This document shows positions 50,799 to 64,000 of a stretch of 64,000 bases of DNA, piece after piece (position 1 is the stretch's first letter; each line of letters begins with the position of its first letter). The position numbers were made by a program, and so were the translations under genes. Source of the DNA: Octopus bimaculoides (Eukaryota); the NCBI RefSeq assembly GCF_001194135.2, contig NC_068992.1, positions 11,699,877 through 11,763,876 on the forward strand, given 5' to 3'. Below the pieces are notes generated by a model, which was given only the letters and a program-made list of their open reading frames with translations, was not told the DNA's origin and searched no databases.

Positions 50799-51046
50799 GG
50801 TAATCTTCAAGTTTAGGGGGATAAAAAAATAAATAAAAATATTCAAGGGAAATAACTGAACGACTTACCAGTATTATCCGTTTTCTTCTAGCTGTTTATA
50901 AATAAATCACACCCTAACCCTAACCCTAACGTCAATCAAATCACGTGTGATTTATTTATAAACAGAGATGTACGGATAATACTGGTAAGTCGTTCAGTTA
51001 CTTCCCTTGAATATTTTTGTTTATCCCCCTAAACTTGAAGATTACC
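50799..51046. mobile_element. Mutator-like foldback MITE with a (CCCTAA)3 core
   Basis: TIRs of about 110 bp starting GGTAATCTTCAAGTTTAGGGGGATAAA. The 9-bp flanks AGGTGAGAG and AGTTGAGAG match at 8 of 9 positions. Confidence 0.85.
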
Positions 51047-54000
51047 AGTTGAGAGTATGGGTCAGAGGCTGGAGTGAATCTATTTGGCCATTGAATTTCA
51101 ACGAAGCATTGAACAGGGAGAATCACGGAATTCATCGAAAGCAAGGAATCAAGGGTGTTGTTGTAGTAAGCACAATCCGCAGATTTAAATCTGATACAAA
51201 AATAAATGAAAGGGGTCGATATAATGATGTGAAGGAAGCAAATGCAGAAAAGCGGTTAGATAGTGTGGTTTATATCGTATCAAAACAGCAACAAAAAATG
51301 GGCAGGAACGACTAGTTATAAAACTTACAAATCTAGAGCCACGTAGATAGGATTCGATCTTGAAGGAGTTTAGAATCCTAGGGCAAGTAATTCCGCATGG
51401 TTTTATTCTTCACAATCATTATGTTGACAATTATATTTTCCAAATTGTTCGAAAAAACAAAATATGGCGTAAATGTTCTTACATTAAGCGACGTTTATCT
51501 CTGAAGCATTCGTGAAACTGTCCATAATTGCAGAAGGCAAGTTTAAACATTTTTGTGAGTAAACTTACATCCTTTTAAAGGAACCAAAAAAAAAAAAGTT
51601 TTCTTTCTGTTCAATTAAAGCTTGAATCGGAAGTGATTAAACAACCGGAAGTAATTACTGTTTAATCAGTAGTATTGTCATGTTGCTCAATTAAGTGACA
51701 CTGTATGCATATACGCACGTGTTCTTGTGTGCTTGTGTGTGTGTTTCTCTTTTTTCGGGAGTGATAGTATATAAAATATGTTCTGTAAACGGAAGGAGCA
51801 CAAAATAAATAAATGATATAAAACGAACCAAAGTAGATATATTAAAATATAATACACACACAGACACTCACGTGCTATATACACACTCATTCATAAATTT
51901 TACACACATACACAGACATACGAATGAATGTATGTATGTATACTGAGAAATGTGGAGGAGAAAGGTAAAAAGAGAGAAAGAAAGGTAAAAAAGAGAGAGT
52001 GAGAGAAAGGTAAAAAAGAGAGAGACAGAAAGAGAGACAGAGAACGCAAAATGGTATTGTTTCCTAACAGTAGTCACGTAATATCCGCTACATTAAACGG
52101 CCAGTTACATTCTAACCACGACGAGGCGAAACTGAATAGTGTCAGAACGGTGACAACCTTTCAAGCATTTACTACAGGTACTGAGTATTAGTACGTGTCT
52201 AACTCGTAATACACGCACATTCGCATGCGCACATAGACATACACACATACACACGTACATACATACATCTGCGCGCGCGCGTGTGTATAAAGACTCACAC
52301 AAATATATTCGCATTATACACACAACAATGAAAACGGCCGGAGATATAATGAAGTTAGTAACTGTTAGTACGTGATTAAATAGAATTAAAAGGCGCACAA
52401 ACACGCAAACATACACACATGAATGCATACACACGCAACATATGTACGTATATATGTACGAGCATGTGTGTGTTGTATGTATATAGACACACATACACAC
52501 ACACATTTGCGCACATGAACGCACAGCAAGAGAAACGGCTAGACATATTAATGTAGTAACGGTCAAAAAGACCGACTATCGATATATACATAGTTGGATG
52601 GTTTTAGACATTGGATAGCTTTTGTAGTCTAGGTTCGATTGATTCCCGGTTGTTATTTCGTGAAAATTTGTGGAACAAATTATCGACCCAGTCAACGTAA
52701 TGCTAATTGTTTGACAGTATTTAATTTCATTCATTCACATCACGAGTTCAAACCCCGCTGCAGCTAGTGTTCCTTTGATAATTCTCCGGAGTGAATCTAA
52801 TATACTAAACAGACATTTAAGTTGAATTAGTTACGCTTCTAATTTTATACAAAACTCTGCTTGTCTCCAAGAAGAAAGAAATTAAAATTCTTAATATTCC
52901 TAATTCTAATTTCCATCGCAGCTAACATGATGTCTAACTTATTAAAAGTGAAAATTTCGGGTATCCAGTCTTTCCTACAATACACCCTCACGAAATTTGG
53001 TCTACTTCCAGAATAGGAACCAAAATTCTATCTGTTTAAGCAATGGAATTTTCGAAGTTGTACAATAAGTGATTTAATTTCAGACTGTGTATAAACTGAA
53101 GCAAATAAGTTGAAGAAGCACCATTTCAATCATTCAGAAATACACAAAATCTGTTTAAATTAAAATTTTCTTTATATCGTGAAGTGCTAGAGTCTTCGTT
53201 GCGCAGCTGCGCGCTTGTCAGAGGCGCAATTATACAACAATATAATTTTCTTTCCTCTTTAGCCATTCGTGGTTTTAATTAGTTTCAGAAAGAAAAAAAA
53301 AACATTTTGTCGATCTTTTAAGAGGGCAAACGAAACAGACCATACCATCTATTGGCATTAGATCTATTAATTTTATTTGACGACCACGCACTTGCTGTCT
53401 TGATTGCTCACTGCATTACTTACTTTATATATTCTGTATAACTAACTACTCCTTAATCTCGAATACCCAGAAAATAGAAATCTTTCCCATATTCCCTATC
53501 AAAGAATGTAGTTATTCACTGTATAGTCGCTGGCTTCAAATAATTCTTTTCTGACAAGCTTGCTCTTCTGTAATTCTCTAACGTGTTTTTCTGCTTCACA
53601 TCAAAAACGACACAAAGTTATTGTTTATGGTTATATTAGACAGATGTCAGCTCAATTCTCAAAATTCTGTAAATATACATATCTAAGTATATTTTCCAAA
53701 ATAATTTTCTAATTTTCCACAATAACTTTCAATTAATTTTCTTCTTATTTTCCCGGCATCGCATTTACTTAAATTTCCAAATTCCAGATTTCATTTCAAT
53801 GGTTTCATTAAACCTAAAAATTGTTTGAATTAAAGGGATACTCTGATACACGTGCTTTACAATTCTGTTTCAAGCGATCCATAAATTGAATATAATCGAT
53901 TTAATTAGCTCGGATTTGATTACATAACAATTCCTTTCCTTCCATTATGGTTGCAATGTTAGTTATTATCAAACATAGAACGAAATTGTAAGAGTTATCA

Positions 54001-54282
54001 TCGTTGAATTTCTTGTGACAATAATAAAAATAATACCATGCACCAATATAGGATCCTTTATGTTAGAAGTTATGAAAACAGCAAATACCAGCACCAGCAC
54101 CCACCAGCCACCCAAATATTTGGGGGTGATACTCTCCTCTTTCTTTCTTAGGAGCTGGACTCGTTTAAGTAATCGTTCGATTTACAAGAAGACGTAGCCA
54201 AATATTTCAAATTATACCTTACCATTGTTAAAAAAACAATGTAAGTGTTGGTTATTGTAGTAAATATAACAGTTTCTTATTT

Positions 54283-54510
54283 CTTTACTGCCCACAAGGG
54301 GCTGCACACAGAGGGGACAAACAAGGACAGACAAATGGATTAAGTCGATTATATCGATACCAGTGCGTAACTGGTACTCATTTAATCGACCCCGATAGGA
54401 TGAAAGGCAAAGTCAACATCGGCGGAATTTGAACTCAGAACGTAAAGTCAGACGAAATACCGCTAAGCATTTCGCCCGACGTGCTAACGTTTCTGCCAAC
54501 TCGCCACCTT
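54283..54510 (-). mobile_element. Family D SINE, CpG-intact
   Basis: Matches the reverse complement of 13285-13520, including the variant tail. Confidence 0.9.
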
Positions 54511-56256
54511 AAATATAACAGTTTCTATCCATATCTTGCAGATTTAAAGGGCTTCTCCATTAAAAGGTACTTGAGTAACTTCGCGCTGGGAACCACCGTC
54601 TTATCAAGTCAGCTATTTTGAACTCCAGAGTCGTATGAAAGTTAAAGCGTCCGTCAATCCACAGATGCAGAGGTTAAGTTCACCTGATACCGGAGCAGGC
54701 ACTACATATGCTGCATTCTGAGTTTTAGTTGGATGGTTAGAGCGCCGAACTCTAGTTTAAATACAGTTCTTTGATTAGTGGTGGCAGGACCATGACAAGC
54801 AAGCTTAGAAGGTGATTTGTTCATTAAAGGAGATTAGTTCACTTGCACTCCATGTAGCTGCTTTATAGGGCAGTTAGAGCTAGCTAATCCATAGCCGTCC
54901 AGCTCCAACATGGTCACGACTGGAACCCCTTCTGCTCACACATACAAACTAAAGAATAACACGGTAGCAAATCATCAAAAGAAAATAGTTGTTTTCTTTT
55001 CTGGTAAGTGATCTTGTTTATCAGAAAGTATCAATTTCCTTATGTTTTCTTTTGCTCCTATTGTCTTAAAACATTCTATTTTGTTAGAAACGAGAAATCA
55101 GCACTTTATTATCGATCCATGCTATTGTGACGTTTTTATTAATCTTTTTATAATTCTGGTGTGTTAATTGATTTATCTTGTCCTCGTTTCCACTGTTGTT
55201 TCTATGAAACAACTTCTCTGATTGCAATTTAATCTAGACGTCTAGATACTTATTAATTAATACTATTTATTAATACTTCCCGCTGTGCCTCTTGGGAAGA
55301 ATTTCAACACCAGCGTTGTCAAGAACATTTACCAACCGAAAATTATCTAATGAGTTGCTTTTGTTTCGGTCCTTCCAACATAAAACTGTCCAAGTGTGTA
55401 TGTTCTGCACTCTTTCAATGGTTTCCCAACTCATATTGTATCATGACATTTCAAAGAAAGTCAAAAGTGAGTTTTCGCCGGTTATATACTCATGTTTGAA
55501 ATACTTCCAAAAATATCATTTCTATCCGAAACTACAAATTGATTGCTTTTGAAAAAAAAAAAAAAAAAAATGCATATTTAATTATTCAGTTATTATGTTA
55601 TACCAAGAAGATAGATTTTTGTTTGTAAAGTCCCCAAAATTTCACAAACATACATGGTTTGCTACAATGCAGAAGTTTCATGCTCCAGCATGGACACAGT
55701 CAAATGACTGAAACATTCATACATATATGTTTATATTTAAGTATGAATTAGATGCAGCGCTAGTTTTGTAAATATTGTCAACCATACATACTCAACGTGT
55801 ACAATCTGCTTGTTTGTCGGTAAGCTATGAATTAGCGCTGTGGGGTGACTTCCTCAAAGTACCGGATGTAAAAACACTTGAAAATCATTGACANNNNNNN
55901 NNNNNNNNNNNNNNNNNNNNNNNNNNNNNNNNNNNNNNNNNNNNNNNNNNNNNNNNNNNNNNNNNNNNNNNNNNNNNNNNNNNNNNNNNNNNNNNNNNNN
56001 NNNNNNNNNNNNNNNNNNNNNNNNNNNNNNNNNNNNNNNNNNNNNNNNNNNNNNNNNNNNNNNNNNNNNNNNNNNNNNNNNNNNNNNNNNNNNNNNNNNN
56101 NNNNNNNNNNNNNNNNNNNNNNNNNNNNNNNNNNNNNNNNNNNNNNNNNNNNNNNNNNNNNNNNNNNNNNNNNNNNNNNNNNNNNNNNNNNNNNNNNNNN
56201 NNNNNNNNNNNNNNNNNNNNNNNNNNNNNNNNNNNNNNNNNNNNNNNNNNNNNNNN

Positions 56257-56314
<58 letters not shown>

Positions 56315-58066
56315 ACACACGCACACATACACACATGTACGTATGTATATGTACTTTGACGATAATGTTAGTGATAAACTTATATAACACACTGTAGAAT
56401 AACAAATGAATTAATTAGCGAATATTATTCGTTTAATTATTTTATGATCTCAAAGGGATTCAACGAGATTTCCCTTCACGCTTTGAAGCCATCATTACTC
56501 ACCTGAATGATTAAGGAATCGACAATTAATTCTACTTAGCTTTTTAATGCTCTTTACATTAAATACATTAATATTACCACAACTATTATTTGCCACATGT
56601 GCGGCGTTTCCCAGCTGTTTATTCTCGATACAGTTCTATATTCCAAAGTTAACCAGTACACAATATTATACACATATGTACAGAATCTTTCTTCAGGTAC
56701 AGTAAAGGTAATGTTTCTCTAATGAGGCCATAGAATCGAAACGTACTCGAAATTGTCCTCCTCCTCTTCTTGCCGAAAAATAAAAAAATTAGTCATTAAC
56801 CAATGTGTTTTTTTTTTTTTTGCTTTACCGCATAATTATTTCTTGTTAGTGATTTCATGCTCCCCAAATTAACCCTAAATTAATCGTTGTGTTTTCAAAG
56901 ATCACAAGAGTATTTTTAAGCTATGATCAACCGTTTGTACTGACGGAAATGAAATGGCGAAAATGCATTAATATGCACAGCGCAAGGAATAAAGAAAAAA
57001 AAGGTATCCTATAGGGATTATTATAACGGAAACACAGAATTTAAATGGTAACACTGGCAGTAACAGCAACGATGATGACGAAAACCAATTTTGCTCAAAC
57101 ATCACCGACGAAAATTTTCACAAAATAATTTGGGTTCTGTTACTCGTCTTAAAAGACAAGTCTTTATTGAATTTATGTAAGAATAATTGTTGTATCATGG
57201 AGCAATGTATCACTGTTTATGGCGTATGACTGATTAATGCATACAAACTGTTGCAGCCAGCATCTCTGGTGAGTTACCAATATTGCTAAGTGCAAGAGTC
57301 GGTACGAAACCAACAGAAAAATTCTGATCCCCTGTAAGGCATAACCATAATATTCTATTATATTTTCTCTCTCTATCACTCTCTATCTCTGTTTCTCTCT
57401 CTCTCTCTCTCTCTCTCTNNNNNNNNNNNNNNNNNNNNNNNNNNNNNNNNNNNNNNNNNNNNNNNNNNNNNNNNNNNNNNNNNNNNNNNNNNNNNNNNNN
57501 NNNNNNNNNNNNNNNNNNNNNNNNNNNNNNNNNNNNNNNNNNNNNNNNNNNNNNNNNNNNNNNNNNNNNNNNNNNNNNNNNNNNNNNNNNNNNNNNNNNN
57601 NNNNNNNNNNNNNNNNNNNNNNNNNNNNNNNNNNNNNNNNNNNNNNNNNNNNNNNNNNNNNNNNNNNNNNNNNNNNNNNNNNNNNNNNNNNNNNNNNNNN
57701 NNNNNNNNNNNNNNNNNNNNNNNNNNNNNNNNNNNNNNNNNNNNNNNNNNNNNNNNNNNNNNNNNNNNNNNNNNNNNNNNNNNNNNNNNNNNNNNNNNNN
57801 NNNNNNNNNNNNNNNNNNNNNNNNNNNNNNNNNNNNNNNNNNNNNNNNNNNNNNNNNNNNNNNNNNNNNNNNNNNNNNNNNNNNNNNNNNNNNNNNNNNN
57901 NNNNNNNNNNNNNNNNNNNNNNNNNNNNNNNNNNNNNNNNNNNNNNNNNNNNNNNNNNNNNNNNNNNNNNNNNNNNNNNNNNNNNNNNNNNNNNNNNNNN
58001 NNNNNNNNNNNNNNNNNNNNNNNNNNNNNNNNNNNNNNNNNNNNTATATATATATGGTGCAGGCGT

Positions 58067-58203
58067 AGCTGTGTATAGGCGCAGACGTGGCCGTGTGGTA
58101 AGAAGCTTTGTTTCCAGCCACATGGTTCCAGGTTCAGTCCCACTGCGTGGCATCTTGGGCAACTGTCTTCTACTATAGCCTCGGTCCGACCAAAGCCTTG
58201 TGA
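58067..58203 (+). mobile_element. Family A SINE head
   Basis: GTGTGGTAAGAAGCTTTG..GGTTCAGTCCCACTGCGTGGCATCTTGGGCAACTGTCTTC. Confidence 0.8.
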
Positions 58204-58384
58204 GGAACGATATCTAGTCTCCTAATAAATACATCTATGAAATGTCCATGAAGCAGGGCAATTTCTTTATGTATCATATAGAAGTAACTTTTGACGCTGC
58301 ATCCGAATTTGTTATTCATTTATTCTCGAAAAATTTTACAAAAATGTTACAGGTGTTCAAAGTTTGATAATTTTCAGAATGTTC

Positions 58385-58464
58385 AGCCAATCAGAAAACA
58401 GCGCGTTAGCTGCTTCTTCCATCATCTGTCACAATAGCGAGAAAGCGGGAAGTGTGGAGGGCGG
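58385..58464 (+). promoter_or_regulatory. Promoter-like motif cluster (CCAAT, ETS/E2F-like and GC box)
   Basis: AGCCAATCAG at 58385, GCGGGAAGTG at 58445 and GGGCGG at 58459, in CpG-rich unique DNA. Confidence 0.35.
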
Positions 58465-58631
58465 ACACTGTCATGTCAAAACATTAAACTAGCTACACAG
58501 TATACAGTGAAGAAATATTAAGATTCGCGAGTAAATTAAATATTTAAAAGCTACGAGCAACTAGAACAGCATTGTGGCGAGTGACGATAATCACAAAGAT
58601 CCTACACACACACACAAACACACATACACAC

Positions 58632-58652
58632 ACACACATATGTACAGAATAC

Positions 58653-58718
<66 letters not shown>

Positions 58719-58729
58719 CGAGAGAAAGA

Positions 58730-58808
<79 letters not shown>
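58632..58808. repeat. (GA)n microsatellite
   Basis: Visible directly. Confidence 0.95.
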
Positions 58809-58813
<5 letters not shown>

Positions 58814-59414
58814 GTAAAAAGTGGCATGATCTTGCCGTCAAACGACAAACAGTAAAGTGTGTTATTTGGGATTGTGTAGTATTTAGAACTGAGAAAATGG
58901 CTAAAGGTCAAGTTGAAATTGTAAGGCACCGATCTTATTTGTGTTGCCAAAATCCTGAACCTACGAAATACAACGGTGACCGACAGAGCAGCGGTCATGT
59001 CATTGACACCTTGGATGGTTAATACGTTTGTAGGAGGAGGAGGAGGAGAGGGGAGGAGCTACAACAGCAGCCGCAGTAGCAGCAGTAACAGTAGTAGTAA
59101 TAGTAGTAGTAGTAGTAGTAGTAGAACTTTTGGAAGAGTAAATTGCTAGAACTGGGGGAATTACAAGTGTTACAGTTGTTCAATTGGTAGAAACGCCTCA
59201 TCTTCAGCGTTAAAATCCCTGCTTGAATCGACTTCGATTCGCAATTCTCCCCCCCCCCCATTTTCGTTTTCGATAAAGGAAATACAAGTCATGAACTGGG
59301 ATCGATTTTTAATCAGATGTGCCCCCTATGTTATGACTTTGTGGATTTGTGCCAATGTTAAAAGAAAGGAAAAAGAAAAAGAATGATTTTTTTTAATGGT
59401 CGATCAAACGCAGT

Positions 59415-59478
59415 GTGGTCGTCTTCGTCGTCAACATTATCATTGTCATCACCACCATTGTCGTCGCTGTCGTCGTCG

Positions 59479-59510
<32 letters not shown>

Positions 59511-59825
59511 GTCATCATCATCATCATCATCATCCTCATCAGTCATCGTCGTCGTCGTTGTCATCATCATCATCAGTCACCGTCATCATATTCCTCATCC
59601 TCATTCTCATCGTCGTCATCGTTGTCATCATCATCATCATCATCATCACTACTACCATCATACTCATCAGTCATCGTCATCATCATCACCATCATCATCA
59701 TCATCGCTGTCATCATCATCATCACCATCATCGTCATCGTCGTATTCGTCATCATCATCATCATCACCCTCTTCTTCCTCCTCCTCATCCTCATCAGCAT
59801 CACCACCACAACAACCACAACCACA

Positions 59826-59859
<34 letters not shown>

Positions 59860-59960
59860 TCATCATCAGTCATCATCATCATCATCGCTGTCATCATCAT
59901 CATCATCATCATCGTCATCGTCGTCGTCGTCGTTAGCGACATCAACGCCGTCATCACCAA
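59415..59960. repeat. Long degenerate (CAT/CGT/CAC)n tract
   Basis: It produces the poly-S/H/I/D/M pseudo-ORFs. Confidence 0.95.
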
Positions 59961-60790
59961 GACCACCATAACCGCTGTTGCCCTCGTTATTGATTCATTT
60001 TCTCTTTCTGATAACTTCTTTTCGTTTTCCTTTCATTTTCCCCCTTTCTTAAGATTTTCATGCTAGTTATTCATTTTGTTAATGTTAAACATTGCTTTGA
60101 TCAGTCGAAATTTAAAAACCAGCTGTGAATAACTGTTTAATTGTTCAGGAAGAGGAACATTGTGTATATACAGACGACTGTGAGTGCATATGTACGGGTG
60201 CATTATTATATATTTATTTATTTATGAAACTTTTCTTAGATCTGTCAGTTGGAAGTTTATAACCGAATCCGTTTCACATATTCCACGTTAAATTTACAAC
60301 GAAATTCTAAATAGTGATACACCGTTTACGAATTTATGCATCCGGTGTTCTTAGGAGTCTAAAACACACAGGCACGCATGCGCACGCACGCACATATACA
60401 CACAAATTTATGTAAATATGTAAATACATACATATATATATATTTACACATTTAAGTATGTTTATATATGTATATATACACACACATATATACTATACAA
60501 ATACACATAAATCTATGTATATATATATATATGTATATGCATATATATGTATATTTATATTTAAATACATATATATATATGCTACTTATACACGTTCTAT
60601 CCATCAATGCAATATTGAGCACTCACTTTCATTGTTCAACATTTACGTGTATATATATATATATANNNNNNNNNNNNNNNNNNNNNNNNNNNNNNNNNNN
60701 NNNNNNNNNNNNNNNNNNNNNNNNNNNNNNNNNNNNNNNNNNNNNNNNNNNNNNNNNNNNNNNNNATATATATATACACATACACACAGG

Positions 60791-60826
<36 letters not shown>

Positions 60827-61591
60827 TCAGACCTGCATTGTACGGCTGAAGATGTTTCCATTAACAAATCTCATTGACAAAAGTAGTTCTATAACAGGAA
60901 TATTTTCCTTCCTCCCTTCCTGCCTTCTTTCTTTCTTTCTTTTACTCAATTTGAAAAAAAAAAAGAAAACAAAAAACGGCTCTTCGAAAACGGTCACAGA
61001 AAAAGAAGATGGCAAAAAGACAAGAGAGATGCAAATGCTATAAAAATAGTTGCGATATGAGAAGAAATAAATTACTCTCCAGATTTACCTTTGATGTAAT
61101 TTCTTCTTCTGAAGTTTTCCTCCATTGACTAAACGTCCTCAAAATTGACAACGACAACGGTAAGAAGACGATAATTAAATTGCACAGACGCTCGTTTTAA
61201 ACGACATCATTAAAAACAACGTGATCAAGAGAATTGTCACATTTGCGTAGAAATTAATGTCAGCATGGAGTTATGACCTGGTTACAACAGAGATTTAAAC
61301 TTCAATCTCTATACTAATAATTGCAGTGTTGCTTTTTCTTCTCTTCCCTCCCCTGCTGTTGAGGCAGGGATCAACAGGGAAGGAAGCAAATGAATGAAGG
61401 CACACGCGAAAGAAACACTCTTGAACTGTATTAATAATATCTCAGGGCGAGAGTTTCTTTAGACAAATTGCATCGTAGAAGTCATAACGGTGCATATATT
61501 TCTTTCTGTTTTTTTGTTTCATTTGTCGCATATATCGGGGCCGACAGTAATAAAGCTCAAGAGCAACAACAAATAACAATAATAATGGCTT

Positions 61592-62045
61592 TAAATTTTG
61601 GTACAAGTTCAGCAATTCCAAGAAGGATGTATGTCGATTACATCGACCCCAGTGCTCAACCGGTACTTATTTTATTAAGCTGTAGAGGATGAAAGGCATA
61701 GTCAACCTCGGTGGAATTTGAGTTCAGAACATAAAGACGGATGAAATGCCATTAAGCGTTTTGTTCGGCGTAATAATGATTCTGCTAACTTGTCGCTTTA
61801 ATAATAATAATAATAATTCTACTCCTAAGGCGGTGAGCTGGGAGAATCGTTAGCACGCCGGGCAAAATGCTGAGCAGTATTTTGTCTATCTTTATGGTCT
61901 GAGTTCAAATACCACCGACGTCGACTTTACCTTTCATCCTTTCAGGGTCGATAACTTAAGTACCAGTTGCCTACTGAGGTCGATATAATCGACTGGCCCC
62001 TTCCCCAAAAATTTCGGGCCTTGTGCCTAGAGTAGAAAAGAAAAA
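61592..62045. mobile_element. Head-to-head pair of family D SINEs
   Basis: A - copy at 61592-61800 and a + copy at 61826-62045, separated by (AAT)n. Confidence 0.85.
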
Positions 62046-62154
62046 TAGTTCTACTCCTATATTTTACTCCAGTGTCACTTTGATGGCATGCACTGTTCTC
62101 TCACTCAATAATAATAATGATAATAATAATAATGATAATAATTGTTATTATTAT

Positions 62155-63090
62155 AATCCTTCCTACTTTAGACACAAGGGCTAAAATTTGCGGGGACAGA
62201 GGTCTGCCGATTACAAGTATTTCATCAACCCCGAAAAGTTAAACGGATGCTAACGATTCTGCCTGCTCACCAGCTTTAATGGTTTCAAATTTTTGGAACA
62301 AGGCCAGCAATGTTGAAGGAAATGGCTTAGTCGATACCACCTATTTCAGTCCTTGACTTGTAACTTAAATTATTGACCCTTGAGGGATGAAATGCAAAGT
62401 TGACTGCGGCGAGACTTGAACCTAGAACGTACAACCGGAAGAAATGCCGCTGGCTATTTTGGTTGATACGCTATCGATTCTACCAGTTCGTTGCTTGTGT
62501 TAACAGCCTCTGTTAAGCTTCTGATTAATGTTAAACGCTAGCAAATAGAGGGGGGGGGGGAATTAATCGATAGCATTGACAGCTGTAGGTGGTTGATGCT
62601 CATTTTATTGACCCTAGGGGAATGAAAGATAAAGTCGACCATTGCTGATTATTTCGAACTTAGAACGTAATTAAGTGGAAGAAATGCCACAAAGCGTTTT
62701 TTCCGACGCTCAATCGATTCTGCCGATCCGTTGCTCTCAATAATCGTTTCTAACATAGAAGGCACAAAGCTGGAAAATTGTAAGAAGGGGACAGTCGATT
62801 AAGTCGACGTCAGAATTTGACTGCTACTTTTATCTTATCGAACAAAGAAAGACGGAAGGCACAGGGGAATCGAACTTCTTGCTTAAAGAAATGGAGCAAA
62901 CCCTGCAAGTTTTATTTCCAGACGCTCTAACGATTCTACTAGTCCACTGCCCGTAATTTCTTATACAGACACAAATCCAGATATTTTAGGGTAAGGAACT
63001 GTCGAATATGCAGACTCTAGTACTTAAGTCGTACTTTATTTCACAGATTTCGGACGGATGAAAGACAAATTTTGTTCCAGAAGGATTTGA
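62155..63090 (-). mobile_element. Tandem array of about 5 degenerate family D copies
   Basis: Recurrent TTATTGACCC..GGATGAAA.GCAAAGTCGAC..GAAC.TAGAACG..GAAGAAATGCC at a spacing of about 200 bp. Confidence 0.7.
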
Positions 63091-63229
63091 TTATAGTATG
63101 CAAAATAAACGATAAACGTCGCCCTTTCAAAGCCTAGCCAGGCTCATGGGCCCGGTTTCCCGGTTTCTATGGCGTATGTGAAGTTGCTTGTTGAAATCCT
63201 CATCACTACTGAAAATTGTTTTGGCTGAA

Positions 63230-63301
63230 TGCTTCTGCGGGCCGCAGAAAACTTTGTGGCGGGCCACATGCAGCCTGCGGGCCGTAAATTGCCCACCCCT
63301 G
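63230..63301 (-). mobile_element. hAT-type terminus
   Basis: Reverse complement CAGGGGTGGGCAATTTACGGCCCGCAGGCTGCATGTGGCCCGCC is typical of hAT (Charlie-like) ends. The partner end was not found. Confidence 0.6.
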
Positions 63302-63761
63302 CATTAACTAAACTTAAAACAAGCATTTGAGTCAATTATCTGAGAATATTTTCGAGAAAAAACCCAAACTATCTTCGATTACAAGTCGTTCTCGTATGAG
63401 TAAAATACTCCGAGTGATAGCATTGACTAAGCGAATCCTTCGAAATTGTTAGCCTTGTGACTAAATCAGAAGCCATTATTATTTATTCCTTTTATCTCAG
63501 GTTATGTTGGAACTCCTGGATTCTTGCATGCGTAGCGGGCTTGCTACCTGCAGCCTATTTTCTCTGATCTTTTCAACAATCTAATACTTTCCCGATTACT
63601 CTGGCTGTTCCAAGGAGGTGAACCTTCTGTAACCGTTCTTTTGGGCGCTCTATTCCGATATCCTTTATATTCCTTCTGATGCCTTCTGATGCTGTCCCCA
63701 AATAACCAACAATAATTGGCACTATCTTCACCTTCTTCATATCATCATCATCATTATTATA

Positions 63762-63797
<36 letters not shown>

Positions 63798-64000
63798 GTT
63801 GTTGTCGTTGTTGTTGTACTAGTTAAGTAATACAGTCAATGTAATTGACTAACGCCTTTCTAAAACTTTTCTGGCCTTGTGACTCAATTTTAAATGAAAA
63901 CACAGTGGAATGGTAGGATTGTTAGAGCGTCGGAGAGAAATGCTTGACTAATATTTTGTTCCGGTGAGTCGAAATGTCGCCGAGGTCATCTGTCGATGAA

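Noticed and set aside
52222-52233. NRF1-like CGCATGCGCA motif
   Set aside because: It is embedded in CA/CG microsatellite-like sequence and is expected by chance.
56712-56745. CTAATGA..GAAACGTA motif
   Set aside because: The core is mutated and stem I cannot form; at most it is a decayed relic.
1-64000. Long ORFs in the six-frame track (YIYI, THTH, ERER, poly-S/H/D, X-runs)
   Set aside because: They are translations of microsatellites and N gaps, not genes.

Overview
AT-rich eukaryotic genomic DNA, dense in microsatellites and interrupted by many N gaps. The repeat families resemble those of coleoid cephalopods, so Octopus is the probable source (inference). Nearly all six-frame ORFs are microsatellite or gap artefacts, and no gene can be named with confidence. 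The window contains: (i) at least five dispersed SINE-like families, labelled A-E here, several with tRNA-like heads and two copies with clear TSDs; (ii) decayed LINE 3' fragments (RTE-like with three C2H2 fingers, an RLE-type element, a CR1/L2/Jockey-like tail); (iii) a mariner remnant and several MITE or foldback elements, including a Mutator-like hairpin with a telomeric core; (iv) minisatellites; (v) phase-compatible candidate exons of a + strand gene ending at 36437, and weaker - strand candidates. The most interesting signal is a set of minimal, Penelope-type hammerhead ribozyme motifs in non-coding repeats. A tRNA-headed element at 3378-3860 carries two inverted hammerheads. A second family appears to carry a shared non-canonical core (CUGUnGA).
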